A DNA stretch of 64,000 bases. Origin: Sporomusaceae bacterium (GTDB lineage: Bacteria; Bacillota; Negativicutes; Acidaminococcales; JAJUGR01). The DNA lies in the NCBI GenBank assembly GCA_029265905.1, contig JAJUGR010000005.1:2553-66552 (forward strand), written 5' to 3'. How positions within the stretch are numbered: the first letter of the stretch is position 1; each line of letters opens with the position of its first letter. Below the pieces are notes generated by a model, which saw nothing but the letters and a program-made list of their open reading frames with translations, was not told where the DNA came from and did no database searches. Below, piece by piece: positions 24,086 to 33,863 of the stretch. A program made the position numbers and the translations under genes.

Positions 24086-27000
24086 ATGGCGTTACATTTA
24101 TCCCCGCTTGGCTGCAGCCAGCGGGAGAAGTTCCTCGCAGATATGCAGCAGCTTGAGCATAAGCGCGCGGCTTTATTGCTCCCGTCCGGCTGGCTGGTGC
24201 AATTGGTGCGGGAGCAAACCCCGGAACTGGGGAAAAACGTAATGACGCTGGACGGTTTCATTGAAGCTTGCGGCCATGGCCGGAGCGAAACCGTTTTGCC
24301 GCGCCTGGCGCAGGAATTTTTGCTGCGCAGTCTGCTGGACAGCGATCACTTTCCGTATTTTTCCCGGATCCGCGAACAGCAGGCCTTGCCGGCGCAACTG
24401 GCAGGCGTTATCAGCGCGTTGATACGCGGCAACGTAGAGCCGGCAGAGTTTACGCAAGCCGTTATTGCGTTGCAAGAAGACGTATCGCCCAAAAACCGTG
24501 AAATGGCGCTTCTATACAAAACGTACATGTTTGCGATGGAAGAGACGCAAACAGTGGACGTCGATATGGCCTGCTACCGTCTGGTTGCCGCCTTGCGTGC
24601 GGGGGAGGCTGCCATTCCCTTCGACGTGGTTTATGCGGTTGATTTCTATGCCTTCTCGCCGCTGGAAATTGCCCTTTTGCGCGAAGTGGACAAGGTCTGC
24701 GAATTGCAGGTCGGAATGTGCTATGAAAAACAGCGGCCGCGCGTTTTCCGCGCATCGCAAAAAAGCGTTGAAGCGCTTGCCGGTTTTCTGCCTGTAAAAG
24801 CCTGCGAGACGCTTGGGCAAACGCGTGCTCTGTCCACCGGGTGGCGGGCTAGTTGGCCTGAACGGCCGAAAGAGGCGGCCCCACCGGTCGTCCTTATCGA
24901 GGCGGCTAGCGTTCGGCAGGAAATTGCTTACGCTGCCTCCGAAATCAAACGCTTGCTGGCTGAAGGAACAGCCCCCGAGGAAGTGGTCGTCACCGCGCGG
25001 GATCTAACCATCTATAACGGCATTAAAGACCAGTTTTCCGCCGCCGGCATTTCAGTGCGTTTGCCGGTTATGTCGGCCTTGCTGGATGATCCGCTCGGCC
25101 GGGTAGTGGACGCCTTGTTGCGCGCAAGGGTTACCATGCAGGCGAGCGACGTAGCGGATGTTGCCAAATCGCCGGTCTGGGGGATGGACGGTTCCGCAGG
25201 GGAACTGCTTGAACGGTGGTTTTGCGAAACCAGGCCCGGGCGGATGGCGCTGGACGAATGCTGTGAAGCTTGCCCGGACGAGGCCAAGGACCGCCTGGGG
25301 CGGGTTAAGGCGATGCTGGAGCGGCTGCCGGTTCAGGGAAAAGCTGCCGACTACATCAAGAGCCTGTCGGACTGGCTGGAGGAGGTTTCCTGGCCGACAC
25401 AGGTTGCCAAATGGTATCAAGACGGCAATGGAGACCTCGCCCTTGTGAAGCGGGCCGCGTTGGCGGAGCAGGCAATTCAAAACCTCTTCGAGCAAATCGC
25501 CTATGCGTTGCAGATGGCTGGCGAATTTGAGACGCGAATACACGCAAGCCGTTTTTACGAATGGTACCACAAGCTTGCCAAAGAGTGCGCTTTCCGGCTT
25601 GTCGACGAGGCGGCGTCAGGGGTTTGGGTCATTCCGGCTGCCTCCTTGACCGGAATCAGCAAGGAAATTGTTTTTTTGTTGGGCGTGGAGGACGAGAGTT
25701 TTCCCAAGGCCGCGCAAGAAAATTGGCTGTATTCGCAGGAAGAACGGAAATTGCTTGCCGAACTTGGCGTTGACCTGGGCGGTGCGGGCCAGGCGCTAGC
25801 GGAAGACTACCTGTTTTTCGCCTCGGTGCTCGCGGTTGCTGGCCGCACGCTTTATTTGAGCTTCAACCGCGACGACAACAAAACGCCATCGCGGTATTTG
25901 GGTGCATTTTTGGCAGATGAGAGCACGGCAAGCGTCGTGCTGCCTAATACTTTTCCCCTGGACGCGGCCGGCCGGGCGGTGACGAAACGGCAGCTGGCGG
26001 CCGCGTTGGCGTTTGCCGGACATGCGTTTGAAGCGCTGGCGGACGTTGGTTTGCTGGGCGAAGCCGCGGCGGAGTCGTTTGCGGCAGATGCGCGCCGCGC
26101 TGCGCCGAACAGCCCCTACAACGGCCAGTTGCAGCGGGTCGAGGCTCTGGCGCTGGCGCAAAAACGCGCCGACGCCATATTCAGCGTAACCGCGCTGGAA
26201 AAATATTATGCCTGCCCATTTCAGTATTTTGTTGAAACGATGCTCGGCCTTTCTGCCTGGCAGGACCAGGACGGTGTTGTCCGGCCGGAATTGATCGGCG
26301 CCATGTACCACAAGGTCCTGGCCCGCTACGTTTCCTCCCGCAAGAAAGGGGCGGCAAGGCGCGAGGCACAGCGGGCGCTGATGGCCTGCTTCCATGAGGT
26401 GGAGGCAGAGATGCGCCGGCAAGGCTGCTTTCAAGCCGCCGCTTGGCCGTTTGAACTGCTCGAAATGCGAAAGAACCTCCTCGCTTGGCTGGATTACGAT
26501 GACCAGGTCGCCTCTTTTGCCGGTGAATATCAGCGCCATTGGCTGGAATGGGCGTTTGGGCAGCCGGCGGATGAGGACACTGACCCGGATTCGCTGGCGC
26601 AGCCTTTTGTCCTGGAAACGCCAAAGGGGCGGGTGCGGCTTCGAGGCAAAGTTGACCGCATCGACCGCGTTGCGGGAGGTCTGATGGTGCTGGATTACAA
26701 AAAAAACGGCCTGCCCACTTCGAAGGAGCGTCTATCCGGCGGTGATCTTCAACTGATGATTTATTTGATGGCGGTGGAAGCGCTGCTGGCGCCGAAAGCC
26801 GCTGCGCCTGTGTTGGGCGGCACCTATTATTCGTTGGAACGAAAAACTGCCGCGACCGGTTTGTGGATACCGGACATCAAAGAAATGCGGGCCGATTTTG
26901 CCCGGCGTCAGTTGAAGGCGGAGGAATGGGGACAGTTCCGCGAAACAACGCAAGCCTTGGTGGGACAGGCGGTCGAGAACATCCGGCAGGGAAGGTTTGC

Positions 27001-27106
27001 GGCCGCGCCGCTGCAAGGAAAATGTTCGCCGTTTTGCACAGCTGCAGCCTTTTGCCGGCTGCCTGTAAACATGGAAACAGAGGAGGATGCAGGCTTTGGC
27101 GATTAA
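24086..27106 (+). CDS. addB: AddB-type helicase-nuclease subunit B (PD-(D/E)XK nuclease with Cys4 motif; degenerate N-terminal ATP site)
   Basis: The ATG at 24086 sits behind AAGGAG. The C-terminal RecB-type nuclease has GKVDRIDR..MVLDYKKN and QLMIYLMAV. Cys residues lie at YYACPF and CSPFCTAAAFC. I see no GxxxxGK[ST] motif by eye. Confidence 0.8.
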   Translation: MALHLSPLGCSQREKFLADMQQLEHKRAALLLPSGWLVQLVREQTPELGKNVMTLDGFIEACGHGRSETVLPRLAQEFLLRSLLDSDHFPYFSRIREQQALPAQLAGVISALIRGNVEPAEFTQAVIALQEDVSPKNREMALLYKTYMFAMEETQTVDVDMACYRLVAALRAGEAAIPFDVVYAVDFYAFSPLEIALLREVDKVCELQVGMCYEKQRPRVFRASQKSVEALAGFLPVKACETLGQTRALSTGWRASWPERPKEAAPPVVLIEAASVRQEIAYAASEIKRLLAEGTAPEEVVVTARDLTIYNGIKDQFSAAGISVRLPVMSALLDDPLGRVVDALLRARVTMQASDVADVAKSPVWGMDGSAGELLERWFCETRPGRMALDECCEACPDEAKDRLGRVKAMLERLPVQGKAADYIKSLSDWLEEVSWPTQVAKWYQDGNGDLALVKRAALAEQAIQNLFEQIAYALQMAGEFETRIHASRFYEWYHKLAKECAFRLVDEAASGVWVIPAASLTGISKEIVFLLGVEDESFPKAAQENWLYSQEERKLLAELGVDLGGAGQALAEDYLFFASVLAVAGRTLYLSFNRDDNKTPSRYLGAFLADESTASVVLPNTFPLDAAGRAVTKRQLAAALAFAGHAFEALADVGLLGEAAAESFAADARRAAPNSPYNGQLQRVEALALAQKRADAIFSVTALEKYYACPFQYFVETMLGLSAWQDQDGVVRPELIGAMYHKVLARYVSSRKKGAARREAQRALMACFHEVEAEMRRQGCFQAAAWPFELLEMRKNLLAWLDYDDQVASFAGEYQRHWLEWAFGQPADEDTDPDSLAQPFVLETPKGRVRLRGKVDRIDRVAGGLMVLDYKKNGLPTSKERLSGGDLQLMIYLMAVEALLAPKAAAPVLGGTYYSLERKTAATGLWIPDIKEMRADFARRQLKAEEWGQFRETTQALVGQAVENIRQGRFAAAPLQGKCSPFCTAAAFCRLPVNMETEEDAGFGD

Positions 27107-30100
27107 ACTGACCCCGGAACAACAACTTGCGGTGCAAAAAACGGATGGCCGCATTTGCGTCGCGGCGGGTGCCGGTTCGGGGAAAACACGCGTCCTGGTG
27201 GAGCGGATCATTGCGTTGCTGGAAGAAAAGAAAGCTACGCCGCGTCAGCTTCTGGCCGTAACCTTCACCAACAAAGCGGCCGGTGAAATGAAGGAGCGGT
27301 TGCGGGCGCGGGTTGAAGAACGGCTTGCCGAAGCCACCTCGCAGGCCCTAAAACAGCAATGGGAAAACACGCTTGACGAATTGCCCCTGGCGCTGATCGG
27401 AACGATACATGCCTTCTGCGGCAAGGTTCTGCGGTCGCATCCAGTGGAAAGCGGGCTGGATCCGGCTTTTCGCGTGGCGGATGAAGCGGAAGCCTTGCTG
27501 GTGGTGCGCGAAGCCGTTGACAATACGCTTGAAAGCGCTCTGCGCCGCAAGGAACCGGACGTCATGCAGTTGTGCGCCGCTTTCCGGCATCGCGCCGTCT
27601 ACGAGCGCTTGCTAGCGCTCTGGCAGGAAAAGCACCGACTGCCCAAAACACATGCCGTGCGGGACGAGGCCTGGTTTGAAAACAAGCAGCAGCAGCTTGC
27701 GGCGATAATCGGCGATTGCTGGGCGCTGCTGCAGCAGGCGGTGTCGACAAAAAAGCAAAAGGAAGACCTGGACAAGCTTTTGACGCGCCAACCGGATATG
27801 GCGTCGCTTTTAGCGGCCCTTTGGCTGGAGGAGCGGGCGGCGGCGACGATGCAGGAGCGGCTTCAGGTTTTTTCTGCGGCCGGCAAGATTAAAGAACCGC
27901 TGAAAGAGCTGCGCCGCGCACTGGAAGAGGCGAAAATGGTTTGGGCGGAGAAAAAAAGTGAATTCGTCGCCGGCGTTTTTCGGGACCTCCTGGCGAGGGT
28001 GGAAAAGGCGGTCAAGGAACGCCAAAAGCTAGAAAACATCTTGTTTTTTGATGACCTGGAGCAAGCGGCGATTGCGTTGCTGGAAAGCCATGACGATGTG
28101 CGCAGATACTGGCGGCAGCGGTTTCGCTATGTGATGGTTGACGAGTTTCAAGATACCAACAAGACACAGTTGCGTCTGTTGAACTTGCTTGACGGCGAAT
28201 CGCAAAGCGGCAATTTCTTTTTTGTCGGCGATGACAAGCAGTCGATCTACCGCTTTCGCGGCGCGCAGGTGGAGGTGTTCCGCGAAGAGCACGACTGCTT
28301 GCCAAAAGAGCGGCAGCTTCAGCTGGTCAAGAACTTCCGCAGCGCACCGGGCGTGCTGAAAAACGTAAACGCTTTTTTTCAATCATTGTATGAAGCGGAC
28401 GAACAACATACCTTCATTCCTCTAGAACCGGGGCGAGAGGAAGCATCGGAAGCTGCAACCGGTTTTTACCTGATCGAAGCGAGGGAGGAGGGCAAAAAGG
28501 CGGAAGCTGACTGGATTGCCGGTGAATTGAAGCGGCTCGTAAGGGGACGGGCGGCGTGTGTGGAAGGGCGAGCGCCAACCTATGGCGATTGTGCCTTGCT
28601 GTTTCGTTCCGGGCAGCGGATGGGCCTGTTTGCTGAAAGCTTGCGGGCCGCGGGCGTACCCTATCAAATTGTCGGCAGCAGTGGCTTTTACGAACAGCAG
28701 GAAGTGCGGGACATGCTGATGCTGCTTGGGGTGCTTGACAACCGCTTCCGCGACCTGGAGCTGGCTGGCGTGCTGCGCTCGCCTTTGTTTGGGCTGACGG
28801 ATGAAACGCTGTTGTTATTGGCGCAGGCCGGGCCGTTATGGGAGGTGCTGCATCAGGCTGAACATTTGGCCTGGCTTGCGGGCAGCCAGCGCAACCTGGT
28901 CCTTCGGGCGGCAAGGCTGCTGGCCCGTTTGAAAGAAGCGGTGCGGCTTGATTCGCCCCAAAGGCTGGGTGAGTTGATTTTGTCTGAGTCAGAGGCGCCC
29001 GTATGGCTGGCCTCCGGCCTGAGAGGGGCGGAAGCCTCGGCCAACATCGACAAGCTGTTTGCCATGATGGCGCAATATTGCCGGGAGACAGGCGGCGGCG
29101 TCAGCCGGTTTTTGTCTTACGTCGAGCAATGCCGGTCCGTCGATGTGCGTGAGGAATTGGCCCAGACAGACACTTGTGACGCGGTGCAGTTGATGACTAT
29201 CCATAAAGCGAAGGGGCTTGAGTTTCCGATTGTCGTGCTGCCCGAGATGGATGTGCGCTTCCCATCGAAGACGCCGGCGATTCTAGTGGACGAAAACGGC
29301 CATATCGGCTTTTCTGTCCGGCTGGGCGATGAATGGGTTGCCAACTGGACGCAGCAGCAGATGGCGGAGCGGTACAAGCGCGACGAAAAAGCCGAAGCGA
29401 TGCGCGTCTTGTATGTCGCCATGACGCGGGCAAAGGAGCGTCTCATTCTGACCGGATGCCGACCAAAAAATTTGGACGAGGTCTATATGGCTGCGTTGCG
29501 CGAAAAATCGCCGGCTGAAGCGGCGTCCTGGCTAGACTGGCTGTTGGTTCACTGGCCAAATGGCATGGCGGCAGCTGGCGCCGGGGAAGTTGAACCGGGT
29601 AAAGCGGCGGAACTGGGCAAGCCGCCCGGTTTGGCAACAGACCTGCGTTCCTGGCAGGCTGTCTATCCGCTGGCGATCGATTTTTCGCATGACCGGCGGC
29701 AACAGCCGATCATGCTGTCGGCCACTGCGTTGCAGGTCTACCATCTGTGCCCGCGCTGGTTTTTTTATCAGTACCGGATGCGGATGCCTGCGTGCAAAAA
29801 GACGCCGGCCGGCACTGGCGCTCCCAGCGGGGAGGATGCCCGCGCAATCGGCTTGCTGGCGCATAAAGCTTTGGAACTGGTCATTGGCGGAAAAACGGTC
29901 CGGGAAGCAATCGTGGAAGCAATTCGGTGCGTGCCGGAAGGACGGCGGCATGAAGCGTTCGTTGAAGCGATGGTCGTTCGCTTTCTGACCAGCAAATATG
30001 GCGCTTACCTTCAAGGCGGCGCCGCACAGGCGGAAGTACCGTTTTTCTTTACCGCGCCTTTGCCGTCGGGCAGAGAGCTGCGCTTTACGGGCGTGGTGGA

Positions 30101-30449
30101 TTGCTTGGTGAAACAGGACGATGCGCGGTATGTTGTTCTGGATTATAAAACAAACCTGCTTCCGGACGAGAGCCAGGCGCAAGAAAAAGCCAGCGCGTAC
30201 GAGCATCAACTGATGCTGTACACCCTGGCTGTGGAAGCGGCCTACGGCGAGGTGGCGGAGGCCTCCCTCTGCTACTTGCGCACGGGGGCGGTCGTGCCGA
30301 TTCCCGTCCATCAAGAACGGGCGAGGCTGGTAAGCGAGATGCTCGCCGCCGGACAAGCGATCGCCGACGGCGAGCAGGAAACCGACTTCCCGGTCGATTT
30401 GACGCACTGTGCGCTTTGTCCGTTCAATGGGTTTTGCCGTCAATGCTGA
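27087..30449 (+). CDS. addA: AddA-type ATP-dependent helicase/nuclease subunit A (UvrD/Rep helicase plus RecB-type nuclease)
   Basis: 1120 aa. Walker A AGAGSGKT, VDEFQDTN, a UvrD helicase layout, and a C-terminal nuclease with VVLDYKTN and QLMLYTLAV plus Cys motifs. It overlaps addB by 20 nt. Confidence 0.9.
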   Translation: MQALAIKLTPEQQLAVQKTDGRICVAAGAGSGKTRVLVERIIALLEEKKATPRQLLAVTFTNKAAGEMKERLRARVEERLAEATSQALKQQWENTLDELPLALIGTIHAFCGKVLRSHPVESGLDPAFRVADEAEALLVVREAVDNTLESALRRKEPDVMQLCAAFRHRAVYERLLALWQEKHRLPKTHAVRDEAWFENKQQQLAAIIGDCWALLQQAVSTKKQKEDLDKLLTRQPDMASLLAALWLEERAAATMQERLQVFSAAGKIKEPLKELRRALEEAKMVWAEKKSEFVAGVFRDLLARVEKAVKERQKLENILFFDDLEQAAIALLESHDDVRRYWRQRFRYVMVDEFQDTNKTQLRLLNLLDGESQSGNFFFVGDDKQSIYRFRGAQVEVFREEHDCLPKERQLQLVKNFRSAPGVLKNVNAFFQSLYEADEQHTFIPLEPGREEASEAATGFYLIEAREEGKKAEADWIAGELKRLVRGRAACVEGRAPTYGDCALLFRSGQRMGLFAESLRAAGVPYQIVGSSGFYEQQEVRDMLMLLGVLDNRFRDLELAGVLRSPLFGLTDETLLLLAQAGPLWEVLHQAEHLAWLAGSQRNLVLRAARLLARLKEAVRLDSPQRLGELILSESEAPVWLASGLRGAEASANIDKLFAMMAQYCRETGGGVSRFLSYVEQCRSVDVREELAQTDTCDAVQLMTIHKAKGLEFPIVVLPEMDVRFPSKTPAILVDENGHIGFSVRLGDEWVANWTQQQMAERYKRDEKAEAMRVLYVAMTRAKERLILTGCRPKNLDEVYMAALREKSPAEAASWLDWLLVHWPNGMAAAGAGEVEPGKAAELGKPPGLATDLRSWQAVYPLAIDFSHDRRQQPIMLSATALQVYHLCPRWFFYQYRMRMPACKKTPAGTGAPSGEDARAIGLLAHKALELVIGGKTVREAIVEAIRCVPEGRRHEAFVEAMVVRFLTSKYGAYLQGGAAQAEVPFFFTAPLPSGRELRFTGVVDCLVKQDDARYVVLDYKTNLLPDESQAQEKASAYEHQLMLYTLAVEAAYGEVAEASLCYLRTGAVVPIPVHQERARLVSEMLAAGQAIADGEQETDFPVDLTHCALCPFNGFCRQC

Positions 30450-31124
30450 TCAGGCGCGAAGCGGCAGTGTCTCGCCGGGCTGGAGCACATGCACCGTGGT
30501 GGGGCACTTGCGCTCAACCGCCCGTTTGAATTTTTGCGGGTCCTGGGCGATCAGCGGCCAAGTGTTGTAGTGCATGGGAATGACGTGGCGCGCCTGCAGC
30601 ATTTCAGCCGCTACGACGGCGTCTTCCGGCCCCATGGTGAAATTGTCGCCAATCGGGAGCAGGGCATAATCAAGCTTCTCCAACTTGCCGATAAGCGCCA
30701 TGTCGCCGAACAAAGCCGTGTCGCCGGCAAAGTAAAGCGTGATGCCGCTGACGTTGACGACGAAGCCGCAGGCATGGCCGCCAGGCACTCCTGCTCCGTG
30801 AAAGGCAAGCGTGATTCTCACGTAACCGAAGGGGAAATCGTGCTTGCCGCCCAGATGCATGGCATGCGCCTTGCAGCCGGCCTCTGATGCCATATGGGCG
30901 ATTTCAGCCGTGGAGATAATCGTGGCGCCGGTGCGTTTTGCGATGGCAAACGCGTCGCCTGTGTGGTCAAAGTGACCGTGGCTGATCAGGATGTAGTCGG
31001 GAGTGACCTCCTCTGCGGAAGCAACTTTAAAAGGATTGTCTTTCAAGTAGGGGTCAAACAAAATGGATGCTTGCCCCGTTTTCAAGAGGAAACAGGCGTG
31101 ACCGTAATACGTAAGTTCTTTCAA
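30450..31124 (-). CDS. UPF0173-family metallo-beta-lactamase-fold hydrolase
   Basis: 224 aa. MKELTYYGHACFLLKTG...ISHGHFDHTGD matches the YtkL/UPF0173 pattern. Confidence 0.85.
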   Translation of the reverse strand: MKELTYYGHACFLLKTGQASILFDPYLKDNPFKVASAEEVTPDYILISHGHFDHTGDAFAIAKRTGATIISTAEIAHMASEAGCKAHAMHLGGKHDFPFGYVRITLAFHGAGVPGGHACGFVVNVSGITLYFAGDTALFGDMALIGKLEKLDYALLPIGDNFTMGPEDAVVAAEMLQARHVIPMHYNTWPLIAQDPQKFKRAVERKCPTTVHVLQPGETLPLRA

Positions 31125-31165
31125 TGTTGTTCACTCCTTTATTTTCATGGGTTTGTTGCCATTGT

Positions 31166-32482
31166 TCAGCGTGTTACTCGGGCCCAGTTGCGATTGATGA
31201 CCTCGCCCATAATCTGTTTGGCCGGGGCGTCGGGATGAATGCCATCTAACGAAAGGTGCGTCGGCAGCAGGCCGTTTTTGTCCGTCAGGGGCGGGGCGAT
31301 ATCGATATAGTAGCGCTGCCGCCTAATAAAGGCGTTGACGGCCGCGAGCCGCGCCTGCCAATCCTCCACCGTTCCTTCCTGAAAAGCCGCCTGAATATTG
31401 GCGGGATTGATCGGCGGCAACGTTAAGTAAATGGGGCGAATGTTGTTTTGACGGCATTTTTCTCCAAGCTCAAACAGCTCATCAATGACTTGCGCGGCGG
31501 CCACACCGCCGCGCAAGCTGTTTGTTCCCCCTAAAATCAGCAGGTACTTGGGCGCAAACGGCAAGACGTCGCTTTCAAACCGTTCCAGCATGGTTTCGCT
31601 TGTATCGCCGCTGCGGGCCAGGTTGACGCACGGGAATGACAGGTAGTTCAAGTAGGAAAAGGACGCCTCGGAAGGGCCGTAGGACAAGCCGCCGCCGCCG
31701 TGGGTGATGCTGTCGCCATAAGCGGCGATGCCGCCGGGGGTGGTGTCGACGACAAACGACTTGGTATCGGACCAGATGCCGAGCGGCTCATCGTCTTCGT
31801 CCAGCGCGCGAACGCGCCAGTAGTAAGTGCCAGGCGCCCGTTTCGGCTCCCAATCATAGTATTCGATGTTGTTTTGATGGATGAGGGTCGAATAGATCCG
31901 GCTCGGATCCGGCTCCAGGCTTGTCGTCGACACGGGGGGCGCGGAGGTTATTTCCAGCTCATAGCCGCTGGCGCCAGGCACCGGCAGCCAAGAATAGGTG
32001 GGGTAGAGCATCGCCGGCAGTCCGCTTTCGTATATGTCGCCCTGCAGCACGGGCCGCAGCGGCGCTGTGGCAGTGTGATTCAGACGAATGCGCTTGGGGT
32101 AGGTGTATGGGCCGATTGGCAGGCCATTGCGGTCCAGCGGACGGGCGCGAAAAAACAGCCGCCGCGTGGGCCAATCACGCAAGTCAAGAATGGCGCCATT
32201 AACAAAAATACCGCGCAGATGCCTTGTCGTTGGCGAATCGGGCAGCGGAGCACTGTTATCGGCTGAGGCCTGCTGGCTTAGCTCCAATTCGTACTGCACT
32301 GCGGGCAAAAACTGCTCCCAGGCGAGGACGACATAATTGGCGGGATGTTCCTCCCTGGCGGACGGGGGCGCGGCTTCGCTTGTCTGCGGGCGGGCGGCGC
32401 ACCTGGTGCCGGGGTTGGTTGGCAAACCCGGCAGGAGCGTGCAGACAAGCAATATGGCTGTAGCAAGCAGGCGCTTATACAT
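31166..32482 (-). CDS. Secreted SGNH/GDSL-family hydrolase with an N-terminal beta-sandwich-like repeat region
   Basis: I chose the start at 32482 (MYKRLLATAILLV.. signal peptide). The GDSITHGGG block I motif is present, and the N-terminal half repeats YELE..S and YYWRVRA-type motifs. Confidence 0.7.
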   Translation of the reverse strand: MYKRLLATAILLVCTLLPGLPTNPGTRCAARPQTSEAAPPSAREEHPANYVVLAWEQFLPAVQYELELSQQASADNSAPLPDSPTTRHLRGIFVNGAILDLRDWPTRRLFFRARPLDRNGLPIGPYTYPKRIRLNHTATAPLRPVLQGDIYESGLPAMLYPTYSWLPVPGASGYELEITSAPPVSTTSLEPDPSRIYSTLIHQNNIEYYDWEPKRAPGTYYWRVRALDEDDEPLGIWSDTKSFVVDTTPGGIAAYGDSITHGGGGLSYGPSEASFSYLNYLSFPCVNLARSGDTSETMLERFESDVLPFAPKYLLILGGTNSLRGGVAAAQVIDELFELGEKCRQNNIRPIYLTLPPINPANIQAAFQEGTVEDWQARLAAVNAFIRRQRYYIDIAPPLTDKNGLLPTHLSLDGIHPDAPAKQIMGEVINRNWARVTR

Positions 32483-32647
32483 ACGGAAACACAACCTCTC
32501 GAGCAAAGAAACCAGCGGATTTACTTATATTATACCGAATAAGCCGTGTCTGTGGCAAAAAACTGCCATGTATAATTTATTCATACCTGTTGAGCAGGAA
32601 TGCCCTGCTGCTTGTGGAATTATGAATAGAAGACCAGGGAATGGCAG

Positions 32648-33847
32648 GTGTTTTGTTTGACCGGAGAGTCTCTTTATGGCAGGACGTTTCTTGCCTTGCT
32701 AGTGGGCAACATGTGTTTTTGGTTCAGCACAAGCTTGTTTATGCCCGTCTTGCCGCTTTATTATCATCAGCTTGGTTTTTCCGAGGGCGAAATTGGGCTG
32801 GCTGTGGGCGCCTTCTCGGTGGGGGCGCTGGCCTTTCGGTTTTCGGCCGGCAAGGCGATTGACCGCTACGGGAGCAAACCGGTTTTGACGGCGGGAATGC
32901 TGCTGTCGCTTGCCGCAGTTGCCTGCTACCCGCTGGGCGGCTCGCTGTTGGCTGTCATGTTTTTTCGCCTGCTGCATGGAATCGGCATTTCAGGCTATGG
33001 TGCAGCGGCGCTGACAACAACGTCGATGCTGTTTCCGGAGTCGAAAACGACGGAGGCGGTTTCGCTCTACACATTGTTCACGATGATCGGTTCGGGACTG
33101 GCGACCAGTATTGCGCTTGAACTTTACCAGGTTCAGGGTTTTTGGGGCGTTGTCGTATGCGGGGTCGCCGCGACGGCGTCCAGTCTGGCGCTGTTTCCGA
33201 AAAACACGGCATCGAAGCGAAAGGCGCAAGGGGAAACCGTAGACGTTTGGCCGGTTGTTACGCGACCGAGCGTCCTGCTGCCGGCCGTGAATTTGTTTAT
33301 AGTGAATTTTGCCTTCAGCACGCTGATGACGTTCCTGCCGCTGTTTATTTTGCTGTATGGCGGCGGCGGGATCGGATATTTTTTTGTGGCTTATGCGATA
33401 GCGGTCGTTCTTAGCCGCATGATTGTAAACCGCGTGTGCAACATGGTGTCGTCACCACGGCTTACGCTCTATTTAATTGTTTCCTTCGGCGCGATCATGC
33501 TGTTCACAGCGTATTTCCACTCGCCGGCGGCCTTGGCTGTTGCCGGTGTCGCGGTCGGAATCGCGTTTGGCTTCGCCTTTCCTTCTATGGCCGGGTTTGT
33601 GGCGCAGCAAACGACTACCGCAGAACGGGGAACGGCCTACGGTTTTTTTATTACGGGCAATGACCTGGGACAGGTGCTCGGCGCGATTGGCATGGGTTTT
33701 TTTGTCGGGTCGGCCGGTTATGAAACGGTTTTCTCCGCGGTTGGCTGGCTGACCCTTTTATACAGCGCTGCCTATGGGCTGGTATTGATGCCTAAATTGG
33801 TCGCCGACAGTGAATCGCTTGCGGTTAACCGGGCGGAGGGCGCATAG
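32648..33847 (+). CDS. MFS transporter
   Basis: 399 aa from a GTG start, 12-TM-like profile. The start codon is uncertain. Confidence 0.75.
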   Translation: MFCLTGESLYGRTFLALLVGNMCFWFSTSLFMPVLPLYYHQLGFSEGEIGLAVGAFSVGALAFRFSAGKAIDRYGSKPVLTAGMLLSLAAVACYPLGGSLLAVMFFRLLHGIGISGYGAAALTTTSMLFPESKTTEAVSLYTLFTMIGSGLATSIALELYQVQGFWGVVVCGVAATASSLALFPKNTASKRKAQGETVDVWPVVTRPSVLLPAVNLFIVNFAFSTLMTFLPLFILLYGGGGIGYFFVAYAIAVVLSRMIVNRVCNMVSSPRLTLYLIVSFGAIMLFTAYFHSPAALAVAGVAVGIAFGFAFPSMAGFVAQQTTTAERGTAYGFFITGNDLGQVLGAIGMGFFVGSAGYETVFSAVGWLTLLYSAAYGLVLMPKLVADSESLAVNRAEGA

Positions 33848-33863
33848 GAAGGGGGGGCGTGCT

